64,000 nt of DNA from Deltaproteobacteria bacterium (GCA_040218735.1 JAVJQW010000011.1:32001-96000), one strand, 5' to 3'. Numbered from the stretch's first letter, positions 17,526 to 28,260 are shown. Notes: a model not told the origin generated them from the letters alone. Program-made: numbers and translations.

Positions 17526-19185
17526 GCTCGATCAGGTTCTTCGCGCCCGGCGTCGCGCGGCGGAGGTTGGCGTCCAGGAGGCGCCGCGGACCGTCTGTCT
17601 CGGGGAGCGCATCGACGAGCGTGCGCGCGCGCTCCAGGTCGCCGGCTTCGAACGCCGTCGTCGCTTCCTCGTAGGTCGACCACACGTCTTCGGGCTCGGT
17701 CGCGAGCTGGTGGAGCACGACAGCGTCGTCGATCCCCACGACCCGCACCGCGCCGATGCGGCGGGTGGCGACCGCGTCCCCGACGAGCGCACGCGTCGCC
17801 TCGGAGAGGAGGATCGAGACCCCGGCGTGTTTCGTCGCGCCCTCGATGCGGCTCGCGAGGTTTACGGTGTGCCCGCGCGGACCGTACTTCTGGCGCTTCT
17901 TGCTGCCGGCGTTGCCGACGCGCGCCGGTCCGGTGTGTACGCCGACGCCGATCGCGAGCGGCGTGCCGAGACGCTCGCGCCACTTCGCATCGAGCGCGCG
18001 CAGGTCTTCTTGCATGCCAATCGCCGCGCGGCAGGCGCGCACGGCGTGGTCGTCGTACTCGATCGGTGCGTTCCACATCGCGGCCATGCCGTCGCCGTAG
18101 TAGTCGATGATGACGCCACTCTCCTGGAGCACACGCTCCGTGAGCACGTCCATCACCTCGCCCACGAGCTGAAACGTGGACGCCCCGTCGAGCTGTTCGG
18201 ACAGCCGCGAGAATCCGCGCAGGTCTGAGAACAACACGGTGATGACGCGGTCCGCGGGCTCCAGCATCTTCGGGTTGCGCTGCAGCTCGCGGACGAGCTC
18301 CTGCGAGAACACCCGCTCGAACTGCACGCGCAGGCGGCTCGCCTCCGCGGCCTGCTCCTGGCGAGCGAGCCCCGCCGACACCGCAGCGGCGAGCACCCGC
18401 ACGACCTGCGCTTCGAGGGGCATGATCGCCGGCGACGGGACGCCGGGTCGCCGGTCGCGTGCGCCGAACACCGCGCCAATCACTTCGTTGTCACCGTCGA
18501 GGATCGGAGAAGCGACGAACGCGTCCACGGCGGCGAGGCTCGCGACGGTGGTGTCGGGCGCCTCGAACACCGTCTGCTTCGTGGTCTGCAGCTGCGCGAG
18601 GACCGTCTGACTGTACTCGGCCTGGCCCGCAGGATGTGCAGCGGCGACGGTCCATTCGTCGGCGCGTCGCAGCAGGACGATCCCGCGGTCGAGGCCGATG
18701 AGATCGACGATCGCCCGCGCGGTCTGGTCGTAGAACTCCGCGGACCCGGCGGCGGCCTGCTGCACCGAGACCAGCGTCGTGAACCACTCCGCGAGCTGCT
18801 CGGGCGTGGGGGTGCGCTCCAGGACGATCGCGCGGGTCTGCAGCTGGATCGTCTGCATCCGCGCGGAGGCCTTCGCGGGCGACGCGGTGACGTGGGCGCG
18901 GACCTCGATCTTGGTGGTCCCGGTCTGGACCGCGATGGGCAGCGCGTAGACCTCGCTCCCGTTGGTGGCGAGGGGCTGACCGTTCACGGTGATCGGCTGG
19001 CCGTAGTTGGTCACGCGCGCGCCGCCGCCGGCCTCCTCGACCGACAGCTGCGTCCGCGACACGTGCGGGTCTTCGATCACGAAGCTGCGCCCGATCCCCT
19101 TCGGTGCACGGCCGAAGATCATGGGGCCGCGGTCGTTCCGGAACGTGTGGTTCTGCTGCGCGTTGCCGACCGTGAACTCGAGCAT
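17512..19185 (-). CDS. FHA-GAF-class III nucleotide cyclase
   Basis: FHA (FGR...VSR), GAF-like middle, VLFSDLRGFS, YYGDG, GVHTG, TVNLASRIE. Confidence 0.88.
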   Translation of the reverse strand: MLEFTVGNAQQNHTFRNDRGPMIFGRAPKGIGRSFVIEDPHVSRTQLSVEEAGGGARVTNYGQPITVNGQPLATNGSEVYALPIAVQTGTTKIEVRAHVTASPAKASARMQTIQLQTRAIVLERTPTPEQLAEWFTTLVSVQQAAAGSAEFYDQTARAIVDLIGLDRGIVLLRRADEWTVAAAHPAGQAEYSQTVLAQLQTTKQTVFEAPDTTVASLAAVDAFVASPILDGDNEVIGAVFGARDRRPGVPSPAIMPLEAQVVRVLAAAVSAGLARQEQAAEASRLRVQFERVFSQELVRELQRNPKMLEPADRVITVLFSDLRGFSRLSEQLDGASTFQLVGEVMDVLTERVLQESGVIIDYYGDGMAAMWNAPIEYDDHAVRACRAAIGMQEDLRALDAKWRERLGTPLAIGVGVHTGPARVGNAGSKKRQKYGPRGHTVNLASRIEGATKHAGVSILLSEATRALVGDAVATRRIGAVRVVGIDDAVVLHQLATEPEDVWSTYEEATTAFEAGDLERARTLVDALPETDGPRRLLDANLRRATPGAKNLIELTSK

Positions 19186-19198
19186 CGAAGTACGGTAT

Positions 19199-21049
19199 AT
19201 GCGATGCGTGGACCGCACGCACTTCGACGTCACGCCGGGCGTGCAGATCGGTGAGTACGTCGTCGAGAAGGAGCTCGGGAGCGGGACCTTCGGCAACGTC
19301 TACAAGGCCGTCCACCCGCTGATCGCGAAGAAGGTCGCGATCAAGGTGCTCTCCGCCGACTACTCGAAGAACGAGGAGGTGGTGTCTCGGTTCGTGACAG
19401 AGGCGCGCGTCGTCAACGAGATCGGCCACAAGAACATCATCGACACGTTCTCGTTCGGCGAGCTCCCCGATGGGCGCCAGTACTTCGTGATGGAGTACAT
19501 CGACGGCGAGCCGCTCGACGAATACATGGCGCGCTTCGACGGCCAGGTCCCGCGGGCCGACACCCTCGCGATCCTCGAAGGGGTCGCCGCCGCGCTCGAC
19601 GCCGCGCACGCCGCGGGGGTCACCCACCGCGACCTGAAACCGGCGAACGTGTTCGTCGCGAACGACGACGGTCGCCCCTTCGCGAAGCTCCTCGACTTCG
19701 GCATCGCGAAGCTGCGCTCCGACGAGATGGAGCAGAAACACCGCACGGCGACGGGCATGGCGCTCGGCACGCCGGCGTACATGGCGCCGGAGCAGTGCCA
19801 GGGCCACGCGGTGGATCACCGCGCGGACATCTACGCGCTGGGGGTGATGACGTACCAGCTGCTGACCGGGGAGCTCCCGTTCGACGGGACCGCGTTCGAG
19901 ATCCTGATGCACCACGTGCAGACGCCGCCGCCGTCGATCGGCGACGCGACGCTGCCCGGGACGCTCGTCCCGATCGTGAACGGGATGTTGGAGAAGGATC
20001 CGGCGATGCGGCCGCCCTCGGCGGGGTTCGCGATCGAGCGCCTCGTCGAGATGCTCGGGAGCCAGCAGAACACCGCAGCGTCCGTCGCGACCGCGGCGCT
20101 GCCGGCCGTCACGGCGACGATGACGCCCGCCCCCGCCGTCGCCGCGCCGTCCGAGCCGGAGCCGAAGCGTCGTACGGGGATGATCGTCGGCGCGCTCGGC
20201 GTGTTCGCCTTGGTCGGCGTCGGTGCCTTCGCGCTGACGCCCAAGGATCCGCCGCCGCCGCCCGAGAAGAAGCCGGCCGCCATCGAGCCGCTCGCAGCCG
20301 CGATGCACGCGGTCCCCGCCGGCGACTTCCTGATGGGCTGCAACGCCGAGGTCGACGCCGAGTGTGACGAGGACGAGCCCAAGCTACGCTCGACGCCCGT
20401 CGCCGCGTTCGAGATCGACGAGACCGAGGTGACGGTCGAGGCGTACGCGAAGTGCGTCGACGCGGGCGCGTGTGACGCGGAGGGCCTCGACACCCCGTTC
20501 TGGAAGGAAGGCGACGAGCCGGAGAAGGCGCACCCCGAGTGGGCGCACGCCTGCAACTGGGGCAAGGACGGCCGGAAGAGACGGCCGATCAACTGCATCA
20601 CCTGGGCGCAGGCGGACACGTTCTGCCGGTGGCAGGGCAAGCGCCTCCCCACCGAGGCGGAGTGGGAGAAGGCTGCGCGCGGAACGACCGGCAAGAAGTA
20701 TCCGTGGGGCAACGACGGCTTCGACAAACTCTCCGCCCCCGTCGCGAACATCGCGGACGTCGCGATGAAGAAGGCGCGCGACGTCGCCTGGGCACACGCG
20801 ACCTACGACGATGGCGCGGAGCTGTCCGTCGACGCCGGACAGCTCACCGCGGGCGCGTCGCCCTACGGCGCGCTCGACATGATCGGCAACGTCTCCGAGT
20901 GGACCGCCGACTGGCACGACCCCGGCAAGACCCGGGTCACCCGCGGCGGCTCCTACGACAAACCGGCACAGATGGCCCGCGCGTCGTTCCGCAACGCGTC
21001 GTTCCCGACCTGGCGCCAAGACGACGTGGGGTTTCGGTGTGTCCGATGA
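19199..21049 (+). CDS. Ser/Thr kinase - TM - FGE-sulfatase domain protein
   Basis: LGSGTFG, VAIK, HRDLKPAN, DFG, GTPAYMAPE; TM segment; RLPTEAEWEKAARG, DMIGNVSEW, GFRC. Start at 19199 or GTG 19208. Confidence 0.92.
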   Translation: MRCVDRTHFDVTPGVQIGEYVVEKELGSGTFGNVYKAVHPLIAKKVAIKVLSADYSKNEEVVSRFVTEARVVNEIGHKNIIDTFSFGELPDGRQYFVMEYIDGEPLDEYMARFDGQVPRADTLAILEGVAAALDAAHAAGVTHRDLKPANVFVANDDGRPFAKLLDFGIAKLRSDEMEQKHRTATGMALGTPAYMAPEQCQGHAVDHRADIYALGVMTYQLLTGELPFDGTAFEILMHHVQTPPPSIGDATLPGTLVPIVNGMLEKDPAMRPPSAGFAIERLVEMLGSQQNTAASVATAALPAVTATMTPAPAVAAPSEPEPKRRTGMIVGALGVFALVGVGAFALTPKDPPPPPEKKPAAIEPLAAAMHAVPAGDFLMGCNAEVDAECDEDEPKLRSTPVAAFEIDETEVTVEAYAKCVDAGACDAEGLDTPFWKEGDEPEKAHPEWAHACNWGKDGRKRRPINCITWAQADTFCRWQGKRLPTEAEWEKAARGTTGKKYPWGNDGFDKLSAPVANIADVAMKKARDVAWAHATYDDGAELSVDAGQLTAGASPYGALDMIGNVSEWTADWHDPGKTRVTRGGSYDKPAQMARASFRNASFPTWRQDDVGFRCVR

Positions 21050-21137
21050 ACGAGCAGGCAGCGCTCAGCCTTCAGTCCGCAGCCAGACCGCCGCGCGTGC
21101 TCCGGCTGCAAGCTACCCGCTGCGAGCTGTCGGCTCC

Positions 21138-22349
21138 CTAGAGCGTCAGGTTCAGCTCGCGCCCGCGTGAGGAACGCACGTCCATCGTCTTGAGCGGCGC
21201 GACCTTCTCCGAGGCCTGCAGGACCGCCGCCTCCAGGTGCGTGATGTCGAAGGCGGCCTTGTAGAAGACCTCCAGCTCCATGCGCCCCTCCGCGAACGTC
21301 AGCTGCTTCACGAGCTTCACGTCCGGGAGCTTGCCGAGCATCTCGATGAAGCGGAGGCCCTGCCGCTTCTTGCTCTTCACCTCGTAGAGGCGAACCGTGT
21401 AGCGGATGCCGTTTTCGGTGTCGCGGTCCCAGGACTGCACGATGCGATCGATGAACGGCTCGATCATCTTGTCGGAGAGGACCTTCACGGTTTTGTTCCG
21501 CATCGTGCCCTCGTCGTAGCAGTTGGGCGGCGAGTTGCCGTCCTGGTTCGTGCTGTGGACGAGCGCGCCGGTCGAAGCGTCGATCGCCTGGACCGCGATC
21601 TCCGCGCGGCCGCGGTGGGCCTTCAAACCCATCGCGTCGAAGCTGGTGTGCGCGACCTTCACGTCCGCGACGACGAGATACTCCGCGCCGTAGCTGCTCG
21701 CATGCTGGATTGCGGCTTCGTTCGGTTTGTCGAGGAGGCTCGCGAAGACCTTCGCGTCCTGCGCGCGCAGCCGCTCCACGACCTCCTTCGACACGAGGTC
21801 GAACCCGCGCGCGATCAGCGCGTCCTGCATCACCGATCGGAACACCGGCGAATCGATCGTGACCACTTCCCCCGCCTGGTTCGTGTACTGCTCCTTCACC
21901 AGGAACATGATCTTCGGGAACCGCGCCTCCGCGATGCGCCGGTCGAGGAGCGACATCATCCTCAGCATCCCCGGGCCGTCGACCTCCATCACCACGTCGG
22001 CGCTCACGACACCGTTCGCGAGGTCTGCGCTCGTGAGGTTCGCGGTGCGGAAGAACGGCGCGGGGTCGCGGTCGATCGCTTCGTAGGCTTCGCGCTCGAA
22101 CCGAGCGCGGTCGCGCTTCACGCCCACGAAGCCAGGCGTCGCGGCGAGCACGTCGAGCTTTTCGTGCACGAGCTTCTTGAGCTCGAGGACCTGGGCCTTG
22201 CGCACCAGCTTCTTCTTCGTCGCCGCGTCCGCCTTCGGGGCGTTCACGGTGACCTTGGTACGGATCTTCGACTTGATGCCGAACGGGTTACCGGCCCGCG
22301 CCACGCCGGGCGCGCCGACGAGGAGCGCGATGAAGAGGAGATGTCGCAT
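21138..22349 (-). CDS. Secreted protein, possibly FlgT/CsgG-like alpha-beta domains
   Basis: Signal peptide (MRHLLFIALL..ARA); 'LIARGFDLV...GAEYLVV...AIDASTG' pattern. Confidence 0.55.
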   Translation of the reverse strand: MRHLLFIALLVGAPGVARAGNPFGIKSKIRTKVTVNAPKADAATKKKLVRKAQVLELKKLVHEKLDVLAATPGFVGVKRDRARFEREAYEAIDRDPAPFFRTANLTSADLANGVVSADVVMEVDGPGMLRMMSLLDRRIAEARFPKIMFLVKEQYTNQAGEVVTIDSPVFRSVMQDALIARGFDLVSKEVVERLRAQDAKVFASLLDKPNEAAIQHASSYGAEYLVVADVKVAHTSFDAMGLKAHRGRAEIAVQAIDASTGALVHSTNQDGNSPPNCYDEGTMRNKTVKVLSDKMIEPFIDRIVQSWDRDTENGIRYTVRLYEVKSKKRQGLRFIEMLGKLPDVKLVKQLTFAEGRMELEVFYKAAFDITHLEAAVLQASEKVAPLKTMDVRSSRGRELNLTL

Positions 22350-22422
22350 CGTCAACTTGGGTTGCAGCGCACGTGCCATGGAGGTCATCGATGTTTCCCG
22401 TCGCGTGTCACAGGCCGTGTCA

Positions 22423-23700
22423 CTACGGGCGCAGCGGCGCCACTAAGAAGTCAACGTCGACACGACCGTTCTGCGGCGCGCGGTTCGCGACGATCAGCGT
22501 CGCCGTCAGCCCCACGACCACCGCGCCGCCGACGGCCGTCCACACCCACCACTTCTCGTACCACTGCTCCGGTCGCCGCTCGAGCTCGGCCCACACCGCG
22601 GTGGTGTCTCCCGGCTCGACGTAGGCGTCCTGTTGCCAGTCGAAGTACCCGCCCTTCACGAGGCGGACGCTGTGCCGCCCGCTCTTCAGCTCGGGGATCG
22701 GCGGCAGCGGCAGCTCGCCGACGCGCTCGTTGTCGACGTACACCTCGGCGGCTTCTTGCGACGCCGTCACGACGAGCGCACCGCCGCTCGACGCTTCGAG
22801 GCCGAGGAGCGATCGCGCCGCGTGATTGATCGCGCGGATGAGTTGGTCCTCGGTCCCCTTGAACGACTCGGTGATGCGGTTGTCCGTCTTCACCTCGTTC
22901 GGATCGATCAAACGCAACGAGATGAAGTACGTCTCGCCGAGCGTCCCGACGCTCCCGCTGATGAGTTTGTCGACGCCCAGCGCGCCGCCCAGCTCCGCGA
23001 CGCAGGACGTGTCGCAGTCCTCGCCGACCATCTGGTTGAGCTTGTCGAGCGAGAGGAGCGCGACGAGGTCGTCGCGGCTGATCACCGTCGCGCCTTCGAC
23101 GCGTTTGATCGCCGCGGAGAGGAGCTGCGTGAGGTTGGCCGTGACCTTCGCGTCGACGCCCGTCGCTTGAAGGTCCAACACGGCGAAGGAGAGCTTCGTA
23201 CCCTGCGGGAGGTGGTACGCGACCTTGGTCTCGGCGCCCTCCAACCCGAGCAGCCGCGCGACGGCGACCTTCAGCTGGGCGTCGAGCTTCTCGAGGTTCG
23301 GGACGTTCACACTCTCGCGCCCGAGGGGCGCCGCCTGATCCGGCGACACGAGCGTCAGCGTCGCGACGAACGTCTTGCCGACGCGCCCCACGGTCGTCGC
23401 GATGACGAGATCGGTCTTCGACGCCTTGGTGACTTCGGCGACACACGCCGCGTCTTCTTCGCAGCCGACGAGGCCCTTGGTCTTCTCGAGATCGAGGACC
23501 CCCTGCAGCTCCTCGGGCGTCACGACGCGCACCTCTTCGCGCGCACCGAGGGCCTCCGCCATGCTCGCGATCGCCCGGACCCCGACGCTCTCTTCGACGC
23601 CGATGACGTTCGGCTTCGCAAGGAAGACGGAGCGCGTCCCTTCCGCGAGCGCGTCGGCGCTCACGAGGGTGAGCGCGAGCAGGATGCAGGAGCCTTTCAT
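22423..23700 (-). CDS. PEGA-domain membrane-anchored protein with two CsgG/TolB_N-like repeats
   Basis: Signal peptide; two 'C..xCVAE' repeats; AEVYVD..GRHSVRLVKGGY (PEGA); WYEKWWVW TM anchor. Confidence 0.75.
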   Translation of the reverse strand: MKGSCILLALTLVSADALAEGTRSVFLAKPNVIGVEESVGVRAIASMAEALGAREEVRVVTPEELQGVLDLEKTKGLVGCEEDAACVAEVTKASKTDLVIATTVGRVGKTFVATLTLVSPDQAAPLGRESVNVPNLEKLDAQLKVAVARLLGLEGAETKVAYHLPQGTKLSFAVLDLQATGVDAKVTANLTQLLSAAIKRVEGATVISRDDLVALLSLDKLNQMVGEDCDTSCVAELGGALGVDKLISGSVGTLGETYFISLRLIDPNEVKTDNRITESFKGTEDQLIRAINHAARSLLGLEASSGGALVVTASQEAAEVYVDNERVGELPLPPIPELKSGRHSVRLVKGGYFDWQQDAYVEPGDTTAVWAELERRPEQWYEKWWVWTAVGGAVVVGLTATLIVANRAPQNGRVDVDFLVAPLRP

Positions 23701-23757
23701 TCGTGTTTCATCCTACCTCAGAGTAGACGCGCGCGCCGCCCTCGACATTCGGTTCGA

Positions 23758-24216
23758 TCAGCACCCGTCGGTCAGCACACTCTCCGATCGGATCACCTCG
23801 CCGTTGGCGATCTGAGACTCGAACCGGATCGTGGTGAGGCCCCCGTTGAAGTCCACGCAGCTCTTCAGGTGCATCCGAACGATGCCGGCGCCATCGCTCA
23901 TGTAGTTCCGGCGTTCGGACGTGGAGACCTCCGTGACGGTGGTTCCGCCGAGGACGAGCCGCTGCGTTCGGGTCCCGTTGAAGACGAAGTGCAAGCGGCC
24001 GCGGCCGTCGGTGTTCTGGTGCGAAACCCCCTCGAGCGCGACGCAGGACAGGTAGGGTCCGGACGGCGAGCAGGTCTCGCTGCCGTCGTGGACGGTCGTC
24101 TCGGACTGAGCGAGTCCGCTCGTGTCGAGATCGTAAGCGACCTCTTCGTCGGGGCCGCCGCAGGCCACGAGGAGCGACGCGGACAGGAGGGTTGCGGTGA
24201 GCGCTGGTTGGTTCAT
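23758..24216 (-). CDS. Hypothetical lipoprotein
   Basis: Lipobox LLVAC; four further Cys. Confidence 0.65.
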   Translation of the reverse strand: MNQPALTATLLSASLLVACGGPDEEVAYDLDTSGLAQSETTVHDGSETCSPSGPYLSCVALEGVSHQNTDGRGRLHFVFNGTRTQRLVLGGTTVTEVSTSERRNYMSDGAGIVRMHLKSCVDFNGGLTTIRFESQIANGEVIRSESVLTDGC

Positions 24217-24381
24217 GCCCTCGTCCAAAGCAGGCGTCGTGCCACCGCTTCGAACACCGCCGAGGCGCGCGCGTCACCGCGCAGGGCCTGCGTTGATCGT
24301 GTCATGACACCGGTCGCGGGCGCATTCGCTCGCTCTGGACGGCCCTCGTGCTGGCACGTAAGACGCAACTGGGGCCTGTCG

Positions 24382-27300
24382 TTGTTCGCCCGTTCCCGCC
24401 TGCTCGGCGCGCTCGGCGCGCTACTGATGTGCGTCGCGTGCCGATCCGAAGGGCGCGTTGGGCTGCGTTTCTCGCTCGAGGATCTCCCGGCGGAGCTCAC
24501 CGGCCTCTTCCTCCACGTGCGCGTCCAGGACGAAGCGGGTGACGTCCTCGGAGGCAGCATCACCGAAGCCGACCGCGACGTTCAGCTCGGGCTGTCCGTA
24601 CCGCACGGCGACGATCGGCGCGCCGTCGTCGAGCTGCGCGACAGCGCGTCGCCGACGAGCTCCAACGTGATCGCGTACGGCGTCTCCGCGCCGTTCTCCC
24701 TGCATCCGAACGACAACCGCGTCGTCGAGGCCGTCGTCGTGATGCGACGGGTACCCGCGATCGTCGACCTCGTCGCGCCGTCCGTCGTGAACACCTCCGA
24801 CGTCCCCGTCTCGGTCACCGCCGATCGAGGCGGCGTCGTGCAGCTCGTCCTCGCGCAGGACCCGAGCCTCACGTTCGGGCGCCAGGTCTTCGACTTCACG
24901 GAGGACCTCGACGTCACCTACGACATCGACGCCGCGTGCCGCGCGACGAACACCTGCACCGACGGGCGACGCAACGTGTTCGCGCGGTTGATCGACGAAG
25001 CCGGCTACAGCTCGACGTCGACGTCGACGCCGGTGGTCGTGGACACGCAGCCCCCGCGTGTCCTCGCGGGCGCAGGCTCGGTACGTTTCGTAGCGCCCGC
25101 GGGCCTCCTCACCCCCACCGCGGCGAGCGCCGGCGTGACGGTGCGGTTGTCCTTCGTGTTCGACGAGCCGGTCACGAGCACGCCGTCCGTCACGCTGGAG
25201 TCCGGGCTCGACTTCACCCTCGTGAGCGAAGCCGCGGGCGCGTACATCTTCGAACGTATCGTCGTGGCGACGGATCCGGAGGGCGTGCAACGGCCACGCG
25301 TTCAGGCGCGCGACGAAGCGGGCAACGAAGCGCCCGTGGTCGCCCCCGACCTGGCGTATGTCGTGGACCACGTGCCCCCCGATGCGCCGCGCGTCGACGT
25401 CCCGGGGGCGATCGTCTACCGACGCATCCCCTACCGCGACGCGTCCGAAGGCGGCGCGTCCTTCACCGTGGTCGGCGCGCCCGGCGCGGTCGAAGGCGGC
25501 GCGCGGGTCGTCGTCTACGACCGCCCCGACGCGTTCCTCGACGGCCTTGAGGTCGCCACGCGCGCGGGCGCAGCGACCGCCGACGACGACGGGAGCTTCG
25601 TCGTTCAGCTCGCGCCGGTGGACCGCGCGCAGGTCTACGTCCTGGTCCTCGACGCCGCCGGCAACCCCCACACCACCGACCGCTCCGCGGCGCGCGTGCG
25701 TGACGTCGAGTGGCGCCTCCCGGCCGGGGTGCGCTCGGGCAGCCAGCCCCCGGTCGAGGTGTTGACGCTCGACCGCCTCCACGACTCGGCGCGCCTGGAT
25801 CACGCCGGCGTCACGACCGTCGACGCGTCGCCGCTCGCGCTCGCGGACGGGCTCGCGGTCGAGTCGCACTACGATCCACGGTGGACCGAGCGGCTCCCGG
25901 CGCCGACGGCGCTGCCCGACGCGCTCCGCTTCGCGGCGATCGCGAACGACCCGGCGCGCGATCGCGTCGTTCTGTACGGCGGGCGCTCCGCGGGCGACGT
26001 CGTGCGCGGTGAGACGTGGGAGTGGGACGGGCGCCAGTGGGAGTCGATCGCAACGAGCGGCGTCCTGCCGTCGTGCGACGACGGCTCCGCGGACGGCGAC
26101 GATCCGTTCGGGGCGATGAGCTACCACGGGGCGCTGGGGCTCTCGATCCTGATCTGCCGATCGCTCACGCCCAACCAGGCGCCGCCCCTCCCCGCCGGTG
26201 GCGTCGACGCGATGCACGCGTTCGGTTGGGACGGCGCGCGGTGGCGAAGTGTCACGCTCGAGGGCGCACCCGGCGGGCGTTCGGGCGCGGCGTTCGCCTA
26301 CGACCCGAACCACGGGCGCACCGTCATGTTCGGCGGCAACTCCGCCGCGCTCGTGCTCCCGGGCGCGAGCGCGAGCACGCTCGGTGACACGTGGGAGCTC
26401 GAAGCCGTCCCGACCACCACCATCGGCGCACGCGCGCGGCTGCGCTGGATCGAACGGAGCCCCGGGCCCCCCGCCCGCGATCGACACGCGATGGTCTACG
26501 CGCCGAGCCTCGGCGGCGTCGCGATGTTCGGCGGCATCTCGAACGCGCCCGATCGCCACCCCCTCGACGACCTGTGGATCTGGGACGGTACGACCTGGAC
26601 CGAGATCGAGAAGAGCGGCGCGTGGCCTCCGGCGCGCGCGCTGCACGCGCTCGTCTACGACGAACGGAGCGGACACCTCGGCGTGATCGGTGGCGTCGCG
26701 AACGAGCCCATCTCGACGCGCATCGATCAGCTCGACGCCGGCTTCGACGACGCGTGGTGGTTCGACGGCGCCACCTGGACCCGAACCGCGACCGCCGCGA
26801 ACACCCCGCGCGGCCCCGGCCTCGCCGCCACCGGGATGCGAAGCGAGGCCGACGTCTACGTGCTCTCGGGCGCGGCCCCCGGCGCGGCGCCGGCCTCGGC
26901 GCAGACGTTCGTCGCCGACGCGACCCGCTGGTCCGACCGCACGCCGTCCGGCGCGGTCCCCCCGCAGACGGAGCTTCAGTCGTTGCTCTACGATCCGGGG
27001 CGCGACCTGTTCTGGCTGTACGCCGCGCCACGAGGTCCGAGTGGTAGACCCGAAGGTGAAACCTGGTTCTGGTCCGAGAGCGGCTGGCGAATCGTCGACC
27101 AGAACCCGGCGACCGGAAGGGCGTGGGCGGCCGTGTTCGACGTCCGCCGCAACGAAGCGTTGCTGCTCGCCGACTCCGGCGGCCCACTGATCCCGGGAGA
27201 GCTGGCCCCCCGGAAGTACTACTTCGTCAATCGAGGCGCCGGATGGACGGCCACGTCGAGTACGGCCAAGGTCCAGCCTCGACGCCACATCCTTGGGCTA

Positions 27301-28260
27301 CCGGGCAACGCGCTCTTCTACGATCGTGTGCGGTCGCGGCCCGTCTCCTTGGCGCACGACGACTTGGGTGGCCCGATTGGTACCGCGCACTTCGCGACCC
27401 AGGAGCTATACGAATGGACCGCGCCCACGTGGACCCGTGTGGACCGACGCGACACTTTGGACACCGAGCTCCGCTCCGCCACCATGATCTTCGATGACCG
27501 GACGGCGCTCTATTTCCTCCAGTTCTCGAACTCGGCCCGCTGGAAGACGTTCACCTTCGACGGCAACGACTGGGCGGAGCACACCGGGACGGAAGGCAGC
27601 TGGTCGCACCTGCGCGGCATCGTCGCGGACAGCACGCGTCAGGACATCCTCGTCGTCGGTGCCGTGGCCGGTCGCGCCCGCACGTGGTCCTGGGACGGCG
27701 CGAGCTACCGCGATCGGGTCACCACCGGGACGCCGCCGCCCCGGGCGGTGAGCCGAGGCATCGCCTACGACCACCGCCGCCGCCGGGTGGTGGTCGCGGA
27801 AGCCCCGGAGCAACGCGCCTCCACCGGACTGGAGGCCCCTGCGGGCGCCGTCTACCTCCTCGACCTCGACCCCGACGCCGCACCCGCCGTCGCCGTGCGC
27901 GCGCGACTGGCCGAAGGCGGCGTCGCGCCCGCGCTCGTCGAGCGAATCACCGTCACGGTCGACGCGGGCGGCGTCGGGTTCGCCACGACGAGCACGTCCG
28001 CCACGCCCGGCGCCGTGCTCTCTGCGTTCGACCGCCGCGCCGGGCGCTGGTCCCAGCTCGCCGTGAGCACCGCCGGCGTCACGAACCCCGCGCGGCTCGC
28101 GATCGACCTCGACGCGGAGGACGTCGCACCGCTGCTCTTCGCCGACGACGCCGAGCTGCTCCTCGCCGTCCACTCGAGCGAAGGCCTGGGCGCGGGCGCC
28201 GAACCCGCGAGGGTCGTGGTGGACCGCGCCGAGGTCGTCGTGTGGTATCGACTGCCGTGA
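24382..28260 (+). CDS. Large lipoprotein with Ig-like domains and kelch-like beta-propeller (paralog 1)
   Basis: Lipobox CVAC; repeated 'AYD...VMFGG...DTWEWDG..W' blades. Start approximate (TTG 24382); the upstream part of the 1875-aa ORF overlaps minus-strand genes. Confidence 0.8.
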   Translation: MFARSRLLGALGALLMCVACRSEGRVGLRFSLEDLPAELTGLFLHVRVQDEAGDVLGGSITEADRDVQLGLSVPHGDDRRAVVELRDSASPTSSNVIAYGVSAPFSLHPNDNRVVEAVVVMRRVPAIVDLVAPSVVNTSDVPVSVTADRGGVVQLVLAQDPSLTFGRQVFDFTEDLDVTYDIDAACRATNTCTDGRRNVFARLIDEAGYSSTSTSTPVVVDTQPPRVLAGAGSVRFVAPAGLLTPTAASAGVTVRLSFVFDEPVTSTPSVTLESGLDFTLVSEAAGAYIFERIVVATDPEGVQRPRVQARDEAGNEAPVVAPDLAYVVDHVPPDAPRVDVPGAIVYRRIPYRDASEGGASFTVVGAPGAVEGGARVVVYDRPDAFLDGLEVATRAGAATADDDGSFVVQLAPVDRAQVYVLVLDAAGNPHTTDRSAARVRDVEWRLPAGVRSGSQPPVEVLTLDRLHDSARLDHAGVTTVDASPLALADGLAVESHYDPRWTERLPAPTALPDALRFAAIANDPARDRVVLYGGRSAGDVVRGETWEWDGRQWESIATSGVLPSCDDGSADGDDPFGAMSYHGALGLSILICRSLTPNQAPPLPAGGVDAMHAFGWDGARWRSVTLEGAPGGRSGAAFAYDPNHGRTVMFGGNSAALVLPGASASTLGDTWELEAVPTTTIGARARLRWIERSPGPPARDRHAMVYAPSLGGVAMFGGISNAPDRHPLDDLWIWDGTTWTEIEKSGAWPPARALHALVYDERSGHLGVIGGVANEPISTRIDQLDAGFDDAWWFDGATWTRTATAANTPRGPGLAATGMRSEADVYVLSGAAPGAAPASAQTFVADATRWSDRTPSGAVPPQTELQSLLYDPGRDLFWLYAAPRGPSGRPEGETWFWSESGWRIVDQNPATGRAWAAVFDVRRNEALLLADSGGPLIPGELAPRKYYFVNRGAGWTATSSTAKVQPRRHILGLPGNALFYDRVRSRPVSLAHDDLGGPIGTAHFATQELYEWTAPTWTRVDRRDTLDTELRSATMIFDDRTALYFLQFSNSARWKTFTFDGNDWAEHTGTEGSWSHLRGIVADSTRQDILVVGAVAGRARTWSWDGASYRDRVTTGTPPPRAVSRGIAYDHRRRRVVVAEAPEQRASTGLEAPAGAVYLLDLDPDAAPAVAVRARLAEGGVAPALVERITVTVDAGGVGFATTSTSATPGAVLSAFDRRAGRWSQLAVSTAGVTNPARLAIDLDAEDVAPLLFADDAELLLAVHSSEGLGAGAEPARVVVDRAEVVVWYRLP

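Noticed and set aside
22633-24381. Apparent 1875-aa giant protein
   Set aside because: The first ~580 aa are antisense to two real genes, and alignment with the paralogs places the lipoprotein start near 24382.
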